Made by a program: the position numbers and the translations under genes. This document shows positions 24,369-38,624 of a stretch of DNA of 64,000 nt, one piece after another. The stretch lies in the NCBI RefSeq assembly GCF_003334355.1, contig NZ_QOWP01000004.1; one strand, written 5' to 3'. The stretch's first letter is position 1. Each line of letters begins with the position of its first letter. This DNA comes from Escherichia coli (lineage in GTDB: Bacteria; Pseudomonadota; Gammaproteobacteria; Enterobacterales; Enterobacteriaceae). Under the pieces are notes generated by a model that had not been told where the DNA came from, made no database searches, and was given only the letters and a program-made list of their open reading frames with translations.

Positions 24369-26180
24369 TTAAAAAGTGATACAGGTTGCGCCCTGTTCGG
24401 CACCGGACAGTTTTTCACGCAAGGCGCTGAATAATTCACGTCCTGTTCCCACGCGTGACGCGCTCAGGTCAGGAATGTGCGGTTCGCGAGCAGCCAGTTC
24501 CGCTTCGTCTACCAGCAGCGTCAGTTCGCCTGTCTGTCCATTCACACGAATGATGTCCCCGTCGCGCACTTTTGCCAGCAGCCCGCCATCGTAGGCTTCT
24601 GGTGTTACGTGGATAGCTGACGGCACTTTACCTGAAGCGCCGGAGAGTCGTCCATCGGTAACTAACGCAATTTTGAAACACCGGTCCAATAATACACCAA
24701 GTGGCGGCATGAGTTTATGTAATTCTGGCATTCCGTTCGCTTTTGGCCCCTGATGACGGACAACAACGACACAATCGCGGTCCAGCAAACCCGCTTCAAA
24801 GGCCGGCATAACGTCATGCTGGCTTTCAAAAACAACCGCTGGCGCTTCAATCACCTGGTTCTCAACCGGCACGGCAGAGGTTTTCATAACCGCACGGCCC
24901 AGGTTACCGCTTAACACTTTTGTCCCACCATGATGAGAGAAAGGTTGTTCGAAGGAAGCGATCACATTGCTGTCGAGTGATTTTTCCGCCCCTTCCCGCC
25001 AGTCCAGTTCACCATTATTCAGCCATGGTTCAAGGGTATAACGAGACAGACCAAAACCTGCCACCGTATTGACATCTTCATGCAGCAGGCCTGCTTTGAG
25101 CAGTTCACGCACCAGAACCGGTACGCCACCTGCCGCCTGGAAGTGGTTAATATCGGCCGGACCGTTCGGGTAGAGACGTGCCATCAGCGGTACAACATCA
25201 GAAAGGTCAGAGAAGTCATCCCAGTTAATCTGAATACCGGCCGCGCGCGCCATCGCCACCAGGTGCATGGTGTGGTTAGTGGAACCACCGGTCGCCAGCA
25301 GTGCAACGATACCGTTCACCACCACTTTCTCATCGATCATCTTACCGATCGGCATCCATTCATTACCATTACCGGTCATGCGTGTAACCTGACGCGCAGC
25401 TGCGGCGGTCAAAGCATCGCGCAGCGGAGAATCCGGATGAACAAAAGAAGAGCCTGGCAACTGCATCCCCATAAACTCCACCACCATCTGGTTGGTGTTG
25501 GCAGTACCGTAGAAAGTACATGTTCCCGGCGCATGGTAAGACGCGGCTTCTGACTCCAGTAAGGCCATGCGGTCCACTTTACCTTCGGCATAAAGCTGGC
25601 GAATACGCACTTTTTCTTTATTTGGCAAACCGCTTGCCATCGGTCCAGACGGCACAAACACCGCAGGCAAATGACCAAACGACAGGGCTGCCATCGTCAG
25701 ACCCGGGACAATCTTGTCGCACACCCCGAGGAACAGAGCACCATCAAACATGTTATGGGACAGCCCGACCGCCGCAGACATCGCTATCACTTCGCGGCTT
25801 AGCAGCGACAATTCCATTCCATCCTGCCCCTGGGTGACACCATCACACATCGCCGGAACACCGCCCGCAACCTGACCAACCGCATTCGCTTCATGCAGGG
25901 CTTTACGAATGATTTCTGGATAGTGTTCATAAGGCTGGTGCGCGGAGAGCATGTCGTTATAGGAGGTGATGATGGCGATATTGTTACGCAACATGCTTTT
26001 CAAAGAGGCTTTGTCTTCTGGCTGGCAGGCAGCGAAACCGTGTGCCAGGTTACCGCATGCCAACTGCGAACGATGAACGGTCGACGTTTTCGCTTGTTCT
26101 ATCCGGGCGAGATAAGCAGAGCGAGTCTCGCGCGAACGTTCAATGATTCGATTTGTTACGCGTAACATTTGTGGATTCAT
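24369..26180 (-). CDS. edd: Edd, phosphogluconate dehydratase (Entner-Doudoroff)
   Basis: 603-aa ORF, ATG start; IlvD/Edd family. Confidence 0.95.
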   Translation of the reverse strand: MNPQMLRVTNRIIERSRETRSAYLARIEQAKTSTVHRSQLACGNLAHGFAACQPEDKASLKSMLRNNIAIITSYNDMLSAHQPYEHYPEIIRKALHEANAVGQVAGGVPAMCDGVTQGQDGMELSLLSREVIAMSAAVGLSHNMFDGALFLGVCDKIVPGLTMAALSFGHLPAVFVPSGPMASGLPNKEKVRIRQLYAEGKVDRMALLESEAASYHAPGTCTFYGTANTNQMVVEFMGMQLPGSSFVHPDSPLRDALTAAAARQVTRMTGNGNEWMPIGKMIDEKVVVNGIVALLATGGSTNHTMHLVAMARAAGIQINWDDFSDLSDVVPLMARLYPNGPADINHFQAAGGVPVLVRELLKAGLLHEDVNTVAGFGLSRYTLEPWLNNGELDWREGAEKSLDSNVIASFEQPFSHHGGTKVLSGNLGRAVMKTSAVPVENQVIEAPAVVFESQHDVMPAFEAGLLDRDCVVVVRHQGPKANGMPELHKLMPPLGVLLDRCFKIALVTDGRLSGASGKVPSAIHVTPEAYDGGLLAKVRDGDIIRVNGQTGELTLLVDEAELAAREPHIPDLSASRVGTGRELFSALREKLSGAEQGATCITF

Positions 26181-26302
26181 AAAGGCTCCTGAAATTGAGT
26201 TGTCAGAGCAGGATGATTCACAACGCGTTTCATTCAGAGGATTTATGAGTGAAACGCCTGTAACCGGAGCTCATAGGGCAAAAACGTTTCAGTCAGTGTA
26301 AT

Positions 26303-26336
26303 AAAAAAAGCCTCGTGGGTGAATCCGCACGAGGCC
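26303..26336 (-). terminator. Rho-independent terminator downstream of zwf
   Basis: gcctcgtg-ggtgaatc-cgcacgaggc followed on the minus strand by a T-run. Confidence 0.65.
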
Positions 26337-26374
26337 TGAAAGTGTAAAAATTGTTCTACAATCTGCGCAAGATC

Positions 26375-26390
26375 ATGTTACCGGTAAAAT
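26375..26390. promoter_or_regulatory. Candidate GntR-type operator upstream of edd
   Basis: ATGTTACCGGTAAAAT near-palindrome resembling GntR operator half-sites (TGTTACC / GGTAACA). Confidence 0.4.
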
Positions 26391-26414
26391 AACCATAAAG
26401 GATAAGCGCAGATA

Positions 26415-27890
26415 TTACTCAAACTCATTCCAGGAACGACCATCACGGGTAATCATCGCCACCGAGGCAACGGGTCCCCAGGTTCCGGCCTGATACGGTT
26501 TCGGCGCATCATTGTCCATCGCCCACGCCTCAGTAATGGAGTCTACCCATTTCCAGGCTTCTTCCACTTCGTCGCGACGTACAAACAGTGCCTGAATACC
26601 ACGCATGGTTTCCAGCAGCAAACGTTCATAGGCATCCGCCAGATGCGTCTGATTAAAGGTTTCTGAATAGCTCAGATCCAGCTTGGTGATTTGCAGGTTA
26701 TGTTTGTGGTCAAGGCCAGGAACTTTATTCAGTACCTGGATATCCACGCCTTCATCAGGTTGCAGACGGATAGTCAGTTTATTCTGCGGCAGATCCTGCC
26801 ACGACTCTTTAAACAGATTCAGTTCAGGTGTTTTGAAATAGACCACGACTTCAGAACATTTGGTCGGCAGACGTTTACCAGTACGCAGGTAGAATGGCAC
26901 ACCGGCCCAGCGCCAGTTATCAATGTCGACGCGGATCGCCACGAAGGTTTCTGTATTGCTGCTCTTGTTCGCGCCCTCTTCTTCCAGATATCCCGGCACT
27001 TTTTTGCCCTGGGCGAAGCCCGCAGTATATTGCCCGCGTACGGTTTTTTCGCGTACGTTGGAGCGGTCGATGCGGCGCAGAGACTTCAGTACTTTCACTT
27101 TTTCATCGCGGATGCTGTCTGCGCTCAGGTCAGACGGCGGAGACATCGCAATCATGCAAAGAATTTGCAGCAGGTGGTTCTGGATCATGTCGCGCATCTG
27201 ACCGGCTTTATCAAAATAGCCCCAGCGCCCTTCGATCCCCACTTCTTCTGCCACGGTAATCTCAACATGATCAATGGTGCGATTGTCCCAGTTATTCACA
27301 AACAGGGAGTTAGCAAAACGCAGCGCCAACAGGTTCAGCACCGTTTCTTTACCAAGATAGTGGTCGATACGGTAAACCTGGCACTCCTCGAAGTATTCGC
27401 CAACCTGATCATTGATTTCCTGCGAGGTCGCCAGCGACGTCCCCAGCGGTTTCTCCATGACTACGCGTGCCGGTTTAGCATTCAGTTTTGCCTCGCCAAG
27501 CCCTTTGCAAATTGCGCCAAAAGTGCTGGGCGGCATGGCAAAGTAGTTAATGGTGATACGATTTTTTTGATCCAGCATCGCGCCGAGACGGTTGAATGCA
27601 GCAGTGTCATTGACATCGAGATTACAAAAATCCAGACGTGCACTCAGGGTGTCCCATAAACCTTCATCAATGGTTTCTTTCATGAAAGTTTCGAGCGCCT
27701 CGCGGACAACTTTGGTATACGCCGCTTTATCCCAGTCAGCACGCCCTACGCCGATAATCCGGGTGTCCGGGTTGAGCTGACCGGCTTTTTCCAGTTGATA
27801 CAGGGAAGGCAGCAATTTACGACGCGCAAGGTCGCCTTTCGCGCCGAAAATGACCAGGTCACAGGCCTGGGCTGTTTGCGTTACCGCCAT
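26415..27890 (-). CDS. zwf: Zwf, glucose-6-phosphate 1-dehydrogenase
   Basis: 491-aa ORF, ATG start; RIDHYLGKE signature. Confidence 0.95.
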   Translation of the reverse strand: MAVTQTAQACDLVIFGAKGDLARRKLLPSLYQLEKAGQLNPDTRIIGVGRADWDKAAYTKVVREALETFMKETIDEGLWDTLSARLDFCNLDVNDTAAFNRLGAMLDQKNRITINYFAMPPSTFGAICKGLGEAKLNAKPARVVMEKPLGTSLATSQEINDQVGEYFEECQVYRIDHYLGKETVLNLLALRFANSLFVNNWDNRTIDHVEITVAEEVGIEGRWGYFDKAGQMRDMIQNHLLQILCMIAMSPPSDLSADSIRDEKVKVLKSLRRIDRSNVREKTVRGQYTAGFAQGKKVPGYLEEEGANKSSNTETFVAIRVDIDNWRWAGVPFYLRTGKRLPTKCSEVVVYFKTPELNLFKESWQDLPQNKLTIRLQPDEGVDIQVLNKVPGLDHKHNLQITKLDLSYSETFNQTHLADAYERLLLETMRGIQALFVRRDEVEEAWKWVDSITEAWAMDNDAPKPYQAGTWGPVASVAMITRDGRSWNEFE

Positions 27891-28227
27891 GTCATTCTCC
27901 TTAAGTTAACTAACCCGGTACTTAAGCCAGGGTATACTTGTAATTTTCTTACGGTGCACTGTACTGCTTTTACGAGCTTGCGAAAACTGTAAACGCTTAT
28001 CCACCCGTGCGATTACGGGAAAAGCGCGCAAAGTGCGGCAAAACTGATAAAAAAATCATCGTTTTCCATTCGGTAAAAATCTGACACTGATCATGTTATG
28101 AAAAAAAATAACAACTTTTTTATCTGCTTTTGTCATTAACACGGCACACAGGCGTAATATCTGACAAAACTGCATTTCGATTTCTTTCAGTGCGGAAATC
28201 GTCATTACCCGTGAGTCTCTTTACATC

Positions 28228-29097
28228 ATGAATATGCTGGAAAAAATCCAGTCTCAGCTGGAACATTTGAGCAAATCAGAGCGCAAAGTTGCCGAGGTCA
28301 TTCTGGCTTCGCCCGATAACGCGATCCATTCGAGTATTGCTGCTATGGCACTGGAAGCCAATGTTAGCGAACCGACGGTGAATCGTTTCTGTCGCAGCAT
28401 GGACACGCGCGGTTTTCCTGATTTTAAACTTCATCTGGCACAGAGTCTGGCGAATGGCACTCCCTATGTTAATCGCAACGTCAATGAAGATGACAGCGTT
28501 GAATCATACACAGGGAAAATATTTGAGTCCGCAATGGCAACGCTCGATCATGTCCGTCATTCACTGGATAAATCTGCCATCAACCGCGCCGTCGACTTGC
28601 TCACTCAGGCAAAAAAAATCGCCTTTTTCGGATTAGGCTCTTCAGCCGCCGTTGCCCACGATGCGATGAATAAGTTCTTTCGTTTTAATGTTCCGGTGGT
28701 GTACTCCGATGATATTGTGCTGCAACGCATGAGTTGTATGAATTGTAGCGACGGAGACGTGGTGGTGCTGATTTCTCACACTGGAAGAACAAAAAATCTG
28801 GTCGAGCTGGCGCAGCTGGCTCGCGAAAACGACGCAATGGTGATTGCCCTCACCTCTGCGGGTACCCCGCTCGCCCGGGAAGCAACGCTGGCAATTACCC
28901 TCGACGTACCGGAAGATACTGACATTTATATGCCCATGGTTTCTCGACTTGCACAGCTGACCGTGATAGATGTGCTGGCGACAGGATTTACTTTGCGACG
29001 CGGTGCAAAATTCAGAGATAACTTGAAGCGGGTCAAGGAAGCGCTGAAGGAATCGCGTTTTGATAAGCAGTTACTTAATTTAAGTGACGATCGCTAA
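28228..29097 (+). CDS. hexR: HexR (YebK), RpiR-family regulator (HTH + SIS domain)
   Basis: 289-aa ORF, ATG start; divergent from zwf. Confidence 0.9.
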
Positions 29098-29224
29098 AAA
29101 CGACTGTCACTGTCCTAATCTTATACGACATCCGAATGAGATTAATTTATCGCCATCGCGGCGTTATTTCATTCGGATTTCATGTTCAAGCAACACCTGG
29201 TTGTTTCAGTCAACGGAGTATTAC

Positions 29225-30667
29225 ATGTCCAGAAGGCTTCGCAGAACAAAAATCGTTACCACGTTAGGCCCAGCAACAGATCGCGATAATAATCTTGAAA
29301 AAGTTATCGCGGCGGGTGCCAACGTTGTACGTATGAACTTTTCTCACGGCTCGCCTGAAGATCACAAAATGCGCGCGGATAAAGTTCGTGAGATTGCCGC
29401 AAAACTGGGGCGTCATGTGGCTATTCTGGGTGACCTCCAGGGGCCCAAAATCCGTGTATCCACCTTTAAAGAAGGCAAAGTTTTCCTCAATATTGGGGAT
29501 AAATTCCTGCTCGACGCCAACCTGGGTAAAGGTGAAGGCGACAAAGAAAAAGTCGGTATCGACTACAAAGGCCTGCCTGCTGACGTCGTGCCTGGTGACA
29601 TCCTGCTGCTGGACGATGGTCGCGTCCAGTTAAAAGTACTGGAAGTTCAGGGCATGAAAGTGTTCACCGAAGTCACCGTCGGTGGTCCCCTCTCCAACAA
29701 TAAAGGTATCAACAAACTTGGCGGCGGTTTGTCGGCTGAAGCGCTGACCGAAAAAGACAAAGCAGACATTAAGACTGCGGCGTTGATTGGCGTAGATTAC
29801 CTGGCTGTCTCCTTCCCACGCTGTGGCGAAGATCTGAACTATGCCCGTCGCCTGGCACGCGATGCAGGATGTGATGCGAAAATTGTTGCCAAGGTTGAAC
29901 GTGCGGAAGCCGTTTGCAGCCAGGATGCAATGGATGACATCATCCTCGCCTCTGACGTGGTAATGGTTGCACGTGGCGACCTCGGTGTGGAAATTGGCGA
30001 CCCGGAACTGGTCGGCATTCAGAAAGCGTTGATCCGTCGTGCGCGTCAGCTAAACCGAGCGGTAATCACGGCGACCCAGATGATGGAGTCAATGATTACT
30101 AACCCGATGCCGACGCGTGCAGAAGTCATGGACGTAGCAAACGCCGTTCTGGATGGTACTGACGCTGTGATGCTGTCTGCAGAAACTGCCGCTGGGCAGT
30201 ATCCGTCAGAAACCGTTGCAGCCATGGCGCGCGTTTGCCTGGGTGCGGAAAAAATCCCGAGCATCAACGTTTCTAAACACCGTCTGGACGTTCAGTTCGA
30301 CAATGTGGAAGAAGCTATTGCCATGTCAGCAATGTACGCAGCTAACCACCTGAAAGGCGTTACGGCGATCATCACCATGACCGAATCGGGTCGTACCGCG
30401 CTGATGACCTCCCGTATCAGCTCTGGTCTGCCAATTTTCGCCATGTCGCGCCATGAACGTACGCTGAACCTGACTGCTCTCTATCGTGGCGTTACGCCGG
30501 TGCACTTTGATAGCGCTAATGACGGCGTAGCAGCTGCCAGCGAAGCGGTTAATCTGCTGCGCGATAAAGGTTACTTGATGTCTGGTGACCTGGTGATTGT
30601 CACCCAGGGCGACGTGATGAGTACCGTGGGTTCTACTAATACCACGCGTATTTTAACGGTAGAGTAA
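29225..30667 (+). CDS. pykA: PykA, pyruvate kinase II
   Basis: ATG at 29225 gives 480 aa starting [19 protein letters not shown]; ORF track extended 47 codons upstream. Confidence 0.93.
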
Positions 30668-30673
30668 GTACGT

Positions 30674-30709
30674 TGCCGGATGCGGCGAAAACGCCACATC
30701 CGGCCTACA
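30674..30709. repeat. REP (repetitive extragenic palindromic) element
   Basis: gccggatgcggcg...acatccggcctac, the typical REP palindrome. Confidence 0.7.
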
Positions 30710-30774
30710 GTTCAATGATAGTTCAACAGATTTCGAATATTCTGAAGCAAACTTGAACTTATCATCAGGCGAAG

Positions 30775-30799
30775 GCCTCTCCTCGCGAGAGGCTTTTTT
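30775..30799 (+). terminator. Rho-independent terminator after pykA (overlaps lpxM stop)
   Basis: gcctct-ctcgcg-agaggc followed by tttttt. Confidence 0.7.
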
Positions 30800-31769
30800 A
30801 TTTGATGGGATAAAGATCTTTGCGCTTATACGGCTGGATTTCGCCCGGTTTGCGAGTTTTCAGCAATTTTAGTATCCAGGTGTATTGTTCTGGTCGCGGA
30901 CCAACAAAAATCTCGACTTCTTCATTCATCCGCCGCGCAATCGTATGATCATCCGCCTCTAACAGATCATCCATCGGTGGGCGCACCTGAATCGTCAGAC
31001 GATGCGTCTTGCCATCATAAATCGGAAACAGCGGTACAACGCGCGCACGGCACACTTTCATCAAACGACCAATCGCGGGCAACGTCGCTTTATAGGTGGC
31101 AAAGAAATCCACAAATTCGCTGTGCTCTGGGCCATGATCCTGATCGGGTAAATAATATCCCCAGTACCCCTGACGTACCGACTGGATGAATGGTTTAATA
31201 CCGTCATTTCTCGCATGCAGACGACCGCCAAAGCGACGACGCACCGTGTTCCAGACATAATCAAAAACCGGGTTGCCCTGATTATGGAACATCGCTGCCA
31301 TTTTCTGCCCTTGCGAGGCCATCAGCATGGCAGGAATATCGACGGCCCAACCGTGCGGCACCAGAAAGATAACTTTCTCGTTATTACGCCGCATCTCTTC
31401 GATGATCTCCAGCCCTTGCCAGTCAACGCGCGGCTGAATTTTCTCCGGCCCGCGTATTGCCAACTCAGCCATCATTGCCATCGCTTGCGGCGCGGTGGCA
31501 AACATCTCATCAACAATCGCTTCGCGTTCAGCTTCACTACGTTCTGGAAAGCAGAGCGACAGATTGATTAACGCACGACGGCGTGAGCTTTTTCCCAGTC
31601 GTCCGGCAAAACGTCCCAGCCGTGCCAGAATGGGATCACGGAACTTTGGCGGCGTTAAAGCGATACCCGCCATCGCTGCTACGCCCAGCCATGCTCCCCA
31701 GTAGCGCGGGTGGCGAAAGGATTTATCAAACTCAGGAATGTATTCGCTATTATTTTTTTTCGTTTCCAT
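30798..31769 (-). CDS. lpxM: LpxM (MsbB), lipid A myristoyltransferase
   Basis: 323-aa ORF, ATG start. Confidence 0.93.
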
Positions 31770-31888
31770 GCTTTTCCAGTTTCGGATAAGGCAAAAATCA
31801 ATCTGGTGATAGTGTAGCGGCGCAACTTGCCCCGCACCAAATAAAAAAAGCCGGTACTGACTGCGTACCGGCTGCGAATGGATGTTAA

Positions 31889-33211
31889 TTAATCAAACCG
31901 TAGCTGCGGCACAATCTCTTTGGCCTGCGCCAGGAATTCGCGACGATCGGAGCCGGTCAGCCCTTCGGTACGCGGCAGTTTTGCCGTCAGCGGGTTTACG
32001 GCCTGCTGGTTTATCCATACTTCATAGTGCAGATGCGGCCCGGTTGAACGTCCGGTATTACCGGAAAGCGCGATACGGTCGCCACGTTTCACCTTCTGTC
32101 CCGGTTTCACCAGAATCTTGCGCAAGTGCATATAACGCGTGGTGTAGCTGCGACCATGACGAATAGCCACATAATAACCTGCTGCGCCACTGCGTTTGGC
32201 AACCACCACTTCACCATCACCCACTGAAAGCACTGGCGTACCCTGCGGCATGGCGAAATCAACACCTCTGTGTGGTGCAACGCGACCGGTCACCGGATTA
32301 GTACGACGCGGGTTAAAGTTAGACGAGATACGGAACTGTTTCGCCGTCGGGAATCGCAAGAATCCTTTCGCCAGACCAGTACCGTTACGATCGTAGAATT
32401 TGCCATCTTCAGCGCGGATAGCGTAATAATCTTTACCTTCTGAACGCAAACGTACGCCCAGCAGCTGGCTTTGCTCACGTTTACCATCAAGCATTTCTCG
32501 AGACATTAACACCGCAAATTCATCGCCTTTTTTCAGTTTGCGGAAATCCATTTGCCACTGCATGGCTTTAATCACTGCGCTCACTTCGGCGCTGGTTAAA
32601 CCGGCGTTTCTGGCGCTGGCAACAAAGCTTCCCCCGACGGTACCTTTCAGCAGATTGTTAACCCACTCTCCTTGCTGCATTTCGCTGGTCATTTTAAAAC
32701 CGTTAGCGGCAGTACGGTCATAGGTTCGGGTTTCACGACGAGACACTTCCCAGGTGAGGCGCTGCAGTTCGCCGTCCGCGGTTAATGTCCAGGAGAGTTG
32801 TTGACCGATTTTCAGGTTACGCAATTCTTTGTCGGCCGCAGCCAGTTGGGTGATATCACCCATATCAATACCATACTGATTGAGAATGCTGCTTAGCGTA
32901 TCGCCAGTGGAAACAACATATTCATGCACGCCCGCTTCACCGGCGATTTTGTCATCCAGTTCGTCCTGGGGAATGGCTTCATCTTCTTGTGCAGCTTGAT
33001 CAATCGGCTCACTGGCTTCAGGTAAGAGCGAACGAATTTCGTTCTGTTCCAGCTCAATGGTTTTGACAATTGGCGTGGCATCACGGTGATAAACATAAGG
33101 CCGCCAGACAGCGACGGCCAGAGTAAGAACGGTGAGCGACCCCAACATAACGCGGTGTAGTCGCGGTAAATTATTAAACGCCAGGGCGACAGAGCGGGCT
33201 ATCTGTTGCAC
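31889..33211 (-). CDS. mepM: MepM (YebA), murein DD-endopeptidase, LysM + M23 (LytM) domains
   Basis: 440-aa ORF starting MQQIARS; the first codon is GTG on inspection. Confidence 0.9.
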   Translation of the reverse strand: MQQIARSVALAFNNLPRLHRVMLGSLTVLTLAVAVWRPYVYHRDATPIVKTIELEQNEIRSLLPEASEPIDQAAQEDEAIPQDELDDKIAGEAGVHEYVVSTGDTLSSILNQYGIDMGDITQLAAADKELRNLKIGQQLSWTLTADGELQRLTWEVSRRETRTYDRTAANGFKMTSEMQQGEWVNNLLKGTVGGSFVASARNAGLTSAEVSAVIKAMQWQMDFRKLKKGDEFAVLMSREMLDGKREQSQLLGVRLRSEGKDYYAIRAEDGKFYDRNGTGLAKGFLRFPTAKQFRISSNFNPRRTNPVTGRVAPHRGVDFAMPQGTPVLSVGDGEVVVAKRSGAAGYYVAIRHGRSYTTRYMHLRKILVKPGQKVKRGDRIALSGNTGRSTGPHLHYEVWINQQAVNPLTAKLPRTEGLTGSDRREFLAQAKEIVPQLRFD

Positions 33212-33226
33212 GTAATCACTTCCTCA

Positions 33227-34159
33227 TTAATCTCCTTTCAGGCAGCTCGCATACTGGTTGGCTAATTGACTCAGGAATTCTGAATAGCTTGTTTTACCCA
33301 GTTTGATATTCGTCCCCAGGGGATCCAACGTTCCCATACGAACGGATGTCCCTCGTGCGACGCTCTCAACGACCGCTGGCCTGAACTGTGGCTCAGCAAA
33401 AACGCAGGTTGCTTTTTGCTCAACCAACTGTGTTCTTATTTCATGTAAACGCTGCGCGCCAGGTTGAATCTCAGGGTTAACGGTAAAATGACCAAGCGGT
33501 GTCAGTCCAAACTGTTTTTCGAAATAGCCGTAAGCATCGTGAAAAACGAAATAACCTTTCCCCTTGAGCGGCGCGAGCTCGTTACCAACCTGCGTTTCGG
33601 TTGAGGCTAATTGTGCCTCAAAATCCTTCAGGTTGGCGTCAAGTTTGGCTCGACTTTGCGGCATAAGTTCCACTAATTTTCCATGGATTGCAACCGCTGT
33701 AGCCCGCGCTATCTCTGGGGAAAGCCAAAGATGCATGTTGAAATCGCCGTGATGGTGATCTTCGTCACTTTTTTCCGCGTGGTCGTGATCATCATCATCG
33801 CCGTGAATACTTTTCATCAGTAGCGGTTTCACATCTTCAAGCTGCGCAATCGTTACCTGCTTCGCTTCTGGTAATTTGCTTACCGGTTTTTGCATAAACG
33901 CTTCCATCTCCGGGCCAACCCAAACGACTAAGTCCGCGTTCTGTAAGCGTTTTACATCCGATGGACGCAGTGAATAATCATGTTCAGAAGCGCCGTCAGG
34001 CAGTAAAACCTCCGTTTCTGTTACACCATCAGCAATGGCAGAAGCGATGAACCCAACGGGTTTAAGCGAAGCGACAACGGCGGCATCTGCGGCCTGTGTT
34101 GCACCTCCCCAGAGAGCGGCGGATAATGCTGCGAAAAGAAGCGTTTTTTTATGTAACAT
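33227..34159 (-). CDS. znuA: ZnuA, periplasmic zinc-binding protein of the ZnuABC transporter
   Basis: ATG at 34159 gives 310 aa starting [23 protein letters not shown]; His/Asp/Glu-rich loop ([19 protein letters not shown]). Confidence 0.9.
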
Positions 34160-34191
34160 AATGCGACCAATCATCGTAATGAATATGAGAA

Positions 34192-34214
34192 GTGTGATAT
34201 TATAACATTTCATG
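34192..34214. promoter_or_regulatory. Zur box in the divergent znuA / znuCB promoter region
   Basis: tgtgatattataacatttcatg matches the AT-rich Zur palindrome, centred in the 78-bp znuA-znuC intergenic region. Confidence 0.75.
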
Positions 34215-34237
34215 ACTACTGCAAGACTAAAATTAAC

Positions 34238-34993
34238 ATGACAAGTCTGGTTTCCCTGGAAAATGTCTCGGTTTCTTTTGGCCAACGCCGCGTCCTCTCT
34301 GATGTGTCGCTGGAACTTAAACCTGGAAAAATTTTGACTTTACTTGGGCCAAATGGCGCAGGTAAGTCGACACTGGTACGGGTAGTGCTCGGGCTGGTAA
34401 CACCCGATGAAGGGGTTATCAAGCGCAACGGAAAACTGCGCATCGGCTATGTACCGCAGAAGCTGTATCTCGACACCACGTTGCCACTGACCGTAAACCG
34501 TTTTTTACGCTTACGCCCTGGTACACATAAAGAAGATATTTTGCCTGCACTGAAACGTGTCCAGGCCGGGCACCTGATTAACGCACCGATGCAAAAGCTC
34601 TCTGGTGGCGAAACGCAGCGTGTACTATTAGCGCGAGCATTGTTAAATCGCCCGCAATTATTAGTGCTGGATGAACCCACTCAAGGCGTGGATGTAAATG
34701 GCCAGGTGGCGTTATATGACCTTATTGACCAACTGCGTCGTGAACTGGATTGTGGCGTTTTAATGGTTTCTCACGATCTGCATCTGGTGATGGCAAAAAC
34801 CGATGAAGTGCTGTGCCTGAATCACCACATTTGTTGTTCCGGCACACCGGAAGTTGTTTCCCTGCATCCGGAGTTTATTTCAATGTTTGGTCCTCGTGGC
34901 GCTGAACAACTGGGTATCTATCGCCATCATCATAACCATCGTCACGATTTACAGGGACGAATTGTTTTGCGTCGGGGAAATGATCGCTCATGA
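34238..34993 (+). CDS. znuC: ZnuC, zinc ABC transporter ATPase
   Basis: 251-aa ORF; Walker [10 protein letters not shown], signature LSGGETQR. Confidence 0.93.
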
Positions 34994-35775
34994 TTGAATT
35001 ATTATTTCCCGGTTGGTTAGCCGGGATCATGCTCGCCTGTGCCGCGGGTCCGCTGGGTTCGTTTGTAGTCTGGCGTCGTATGTCTTATTTCGGTGATACG
35101 CTGGCTCATGCCTCATTACTTGGCGTCGCGTTTGGTTTGTTGCTGGACGTGAATCCATTCTATGCGGTGATTGCCGTTACGCTGCTGCTGGCGGGCGGTC
35201 TGGTATGGCTGGAGAAGCGTCCACAGCTGGCGATCGACACGTTATTAGGGATTATGGCGCACAGTGCCCTGTCGCTGGGCCTGGTGGTCGTGAGTCTGAT
35301 GTCTAATATTCGTGTTGATTTGATGGCTTACCTGTTCGGTGATTTGCTGGCAGTGACGCCAGAAGATCTCATCTCTATTGCGATTGGCGTGGTCATCGTG
35401 GTGGCTATTTTGTTCTGGCAATGGCGCAATTTGCTGTCAATGACGATAAGCCCGGATCTGGCGTTTGTTGATGGTGTGAAATTACAGCGAGTGAAATTGT
35501 TGTTGATGCTGGTGACGGCATTGACGATTGGTGTAGCGATGAAATTTGTCGGTGCGTTGATTATTACTTCGTTGCTGATTATTCCTGCTGCTACTGCGCG
35601 TCGCTTTGCCCGCACGCCGGAACAGATGGCTGGTGTCGCTGTTTTGGTGGGGATGGTGGCAGTGACTGGCGGTTTAACCTTTTCCGCGGTTTACGATACG
35701 CCGGCGGGTCCGTCGGTGGTGCTATGTGCGGCACTGTTATTTATTCTCAGTATGATGAAAAAGCAGGCCAGCTAA
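34990..35775 (+). CDS. znuB: ZnuB, zinc ABC transporter permease
   Basis: 261-aa membrane ORF; ATGA overlap with znuC. Confidence 0.93.
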
Positions 35776-35793
35776 TCTATCGCTGAACACATT

Positions 35794-37129
<1,336 letters not shown>

Positions 37130-37134
37130 TTACC

Positions 37135-37746
37135 TCATAACGCGGCGCGTAGGGCTTCGCGAATTAATGTTTCACTGCTGGCGTCAGGGCGAGCGATTTT
37201 GCTCACCATGCGGCTTGCTTCTTGTGGTTTATAGCCCAGCGCCACCAGCGCGGCAACCGCTTCCTGTTCAGCATCGTCGGTTGCCGGGCTGGCAGGTGAT
37301 GTGAGTACCAGGTCGGCGGCTGGCGTAAAGAGATCGCCATGCAGACCTTTAAATCGGTCTTTCATTTCAACAATCAAGCGTTCGGCGGTTTTTTTGCCAA
37401 TACCCGGCAGTTTCACCAGCGCCCCCACTTCTTCACGCTCAACGGCATTAACGAACTGCTGCGCTGACATTCCGGAGAGGATCGCCAGCGCCAACTTCGG
37501 GCCGACGCCGTTGGTTTTGATCAACTCTTTGAACAACGTGCGCTCTTGTTTATTGTTAAAACCGTACAGCAGCTGCGCGTCTTCACGCACCACAAAGTGG
37601 GTGAAAACGATCGCTTCCTGTCCCGCTTCAGGGAGTTCATAAAAACAGGTCATCGGCATATGCACTTCATAGCCTACGCCGCCCACTTCAATTAACACCA
37701 GCGGGGGTTGTTTTTCAATGATGATGCCTCTGAGTCTGCCTATCAC
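37135..37746 (-). CDS. ruvA: RuvA, Holliday junction DNA-binding protein
   Basis: 203-aa ORF starting MIGRLRG; first codon reads GTG. Confidence 0.93.
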   Translation of the reverse strand: MIGRLRGIIIEKQPPLVLIEVGGVGYEVHMPMTCFYELPEAGQEAIVFTHFVVREDAQLLYGFNNKQERTLFKELIKTNGVGPKLALAILSGMSAQQFVNAVEREEVGALVKLPGIGKKTAERLIVEMKDRFKGLHGDLFTPAADLVLTSPASPATDDAEQEAVAALVALGYKPQEASRMVSKIARPDASSETLIREALRAAL

Positions 37747-37796
37747 ATGACGCTCCTGCGTAATGAATCAAAGATAATGCTGTATGATAAAAAAAT

Positions 37797-37814
37797 GCTG
37801 GATAGATATCCAGC
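37797..37814. promoter_or_regulatory. LexA operator (SOS box) of the ruvAB promoter
   Basis: gCTGGatagatatCCAGc palindrome about 50 bp upstream of ruvA. Confidence 0.75.
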
Positions 37815-38020
37815 GAAGGATGAAGAAAACTTGCGAGGTGTCTCGATGATCTGAAAAATGGCACAGTATAATTTATTCTACAGGTTATTTTGGAAGCAAA
37901 TATTTTAATATTACATATTCAGTGAAAAAATGCGTAATAAAAATATACATTGCGCCTCCTGAAAAAATAAATTTTTTATGCTATTACGTATATTCGTATC
38001 TATTTCAATGGAATGACAAC

Positions 38021-38623
38021 GTGAATATTAATTACCCTGCTGAATATGAAATTGGAGATATCGCCTTTACATGTATAGGTGCTGCCTTATTTGGTCAAAT
38101 ATCAGCTGCATCAAATTGTTGGAGTAATCACGTCGGGATCATTATCGGTCATAACGGTGAAGACTTCCTGGTTGCAGAAAGCCGGGTCCCCCTTTCAACC
38201 ATCACCACGCTATCTCGTTTTATTAAACGTTCTTCTAATCAACGCTATGCTATAAAGCGATTAGACGCTGGGCTGACAGAACAACAAAAACAACGAATTG
38301 TTGAACAGGTTCCCTCCCGGCTACGCAAACTTTACCACACCGGTTTTAAATACGAATCTTCGCGCCAGTTCTGTTCAAAATTTGTTTTTGATATTTATAA
38401 AGAAGCGCTATGTATTCCGGTGGGTGAAATAGAGACGTTTGGAGAATTGTTAAATAGCAATCCGAATGCAAAACTCACTTTCTGGAAATTCTGGTTCCTG
38501 GGTTCTATTCCGTGGGAGCGTAAAACCGTCACGCCAGCCAGTTTGTGGCATCATCCGGGTTTGGTGTTGATTCATGCGGAGGGAGTGGAAACGCCTCAGC
38601 CGGAACTGACCGAGGCGGTATAA
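38021..38623 (+). CDS. yebB: YebB, permuted papain-like (YiiX/YebB family) putative amidase, unknown function
   Basis: GTG at 38021 gives 200 aa (alternative GTG at 37922 would give 233 aa); conserved Cys (QFCSKFV) and His (NHVGIIIG) candidates. Confidence 0.65.
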   Translation: MNINYPAEYEIGDIAFTCIGAALFGQISAASNCWSNHVGIIIGHNGEDFLVAESRVPLSTITTLSRFIKRSSNQRYAIKRLDAGLTEQQKQRIVEQVPSRLRKLYHTGFKYESSRQFCSKFVFDIYKEALCIPVGEIETFGELLNSNPNAKLTFWKFWFLGSIPWERKTVTPASLWHHPGLVLIHAEGVETPQPELTEAV

Positions 38624-38624
38624 C

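Noticed and set aside
26691-27659. 322-aa plus-strand ORF inside zwf (also 239 aa inside yebC at 39220..39939, 285 aa inside flhB at 56535..57392, 227 aa inside ptrB at 19549..20232)
   Set aside because: All lie antisense within recognised genes and have skewed, low-complexity composition; typical shadow ORFs.
37922-38020. Longer yebB start at GTG 37922 (233 aa)
   Set aside because: The extension is an AT-rich, likely promoter-containing stretch; 200 aa from GTG 38021 matches my recollection of YebB. Not fully excluded.
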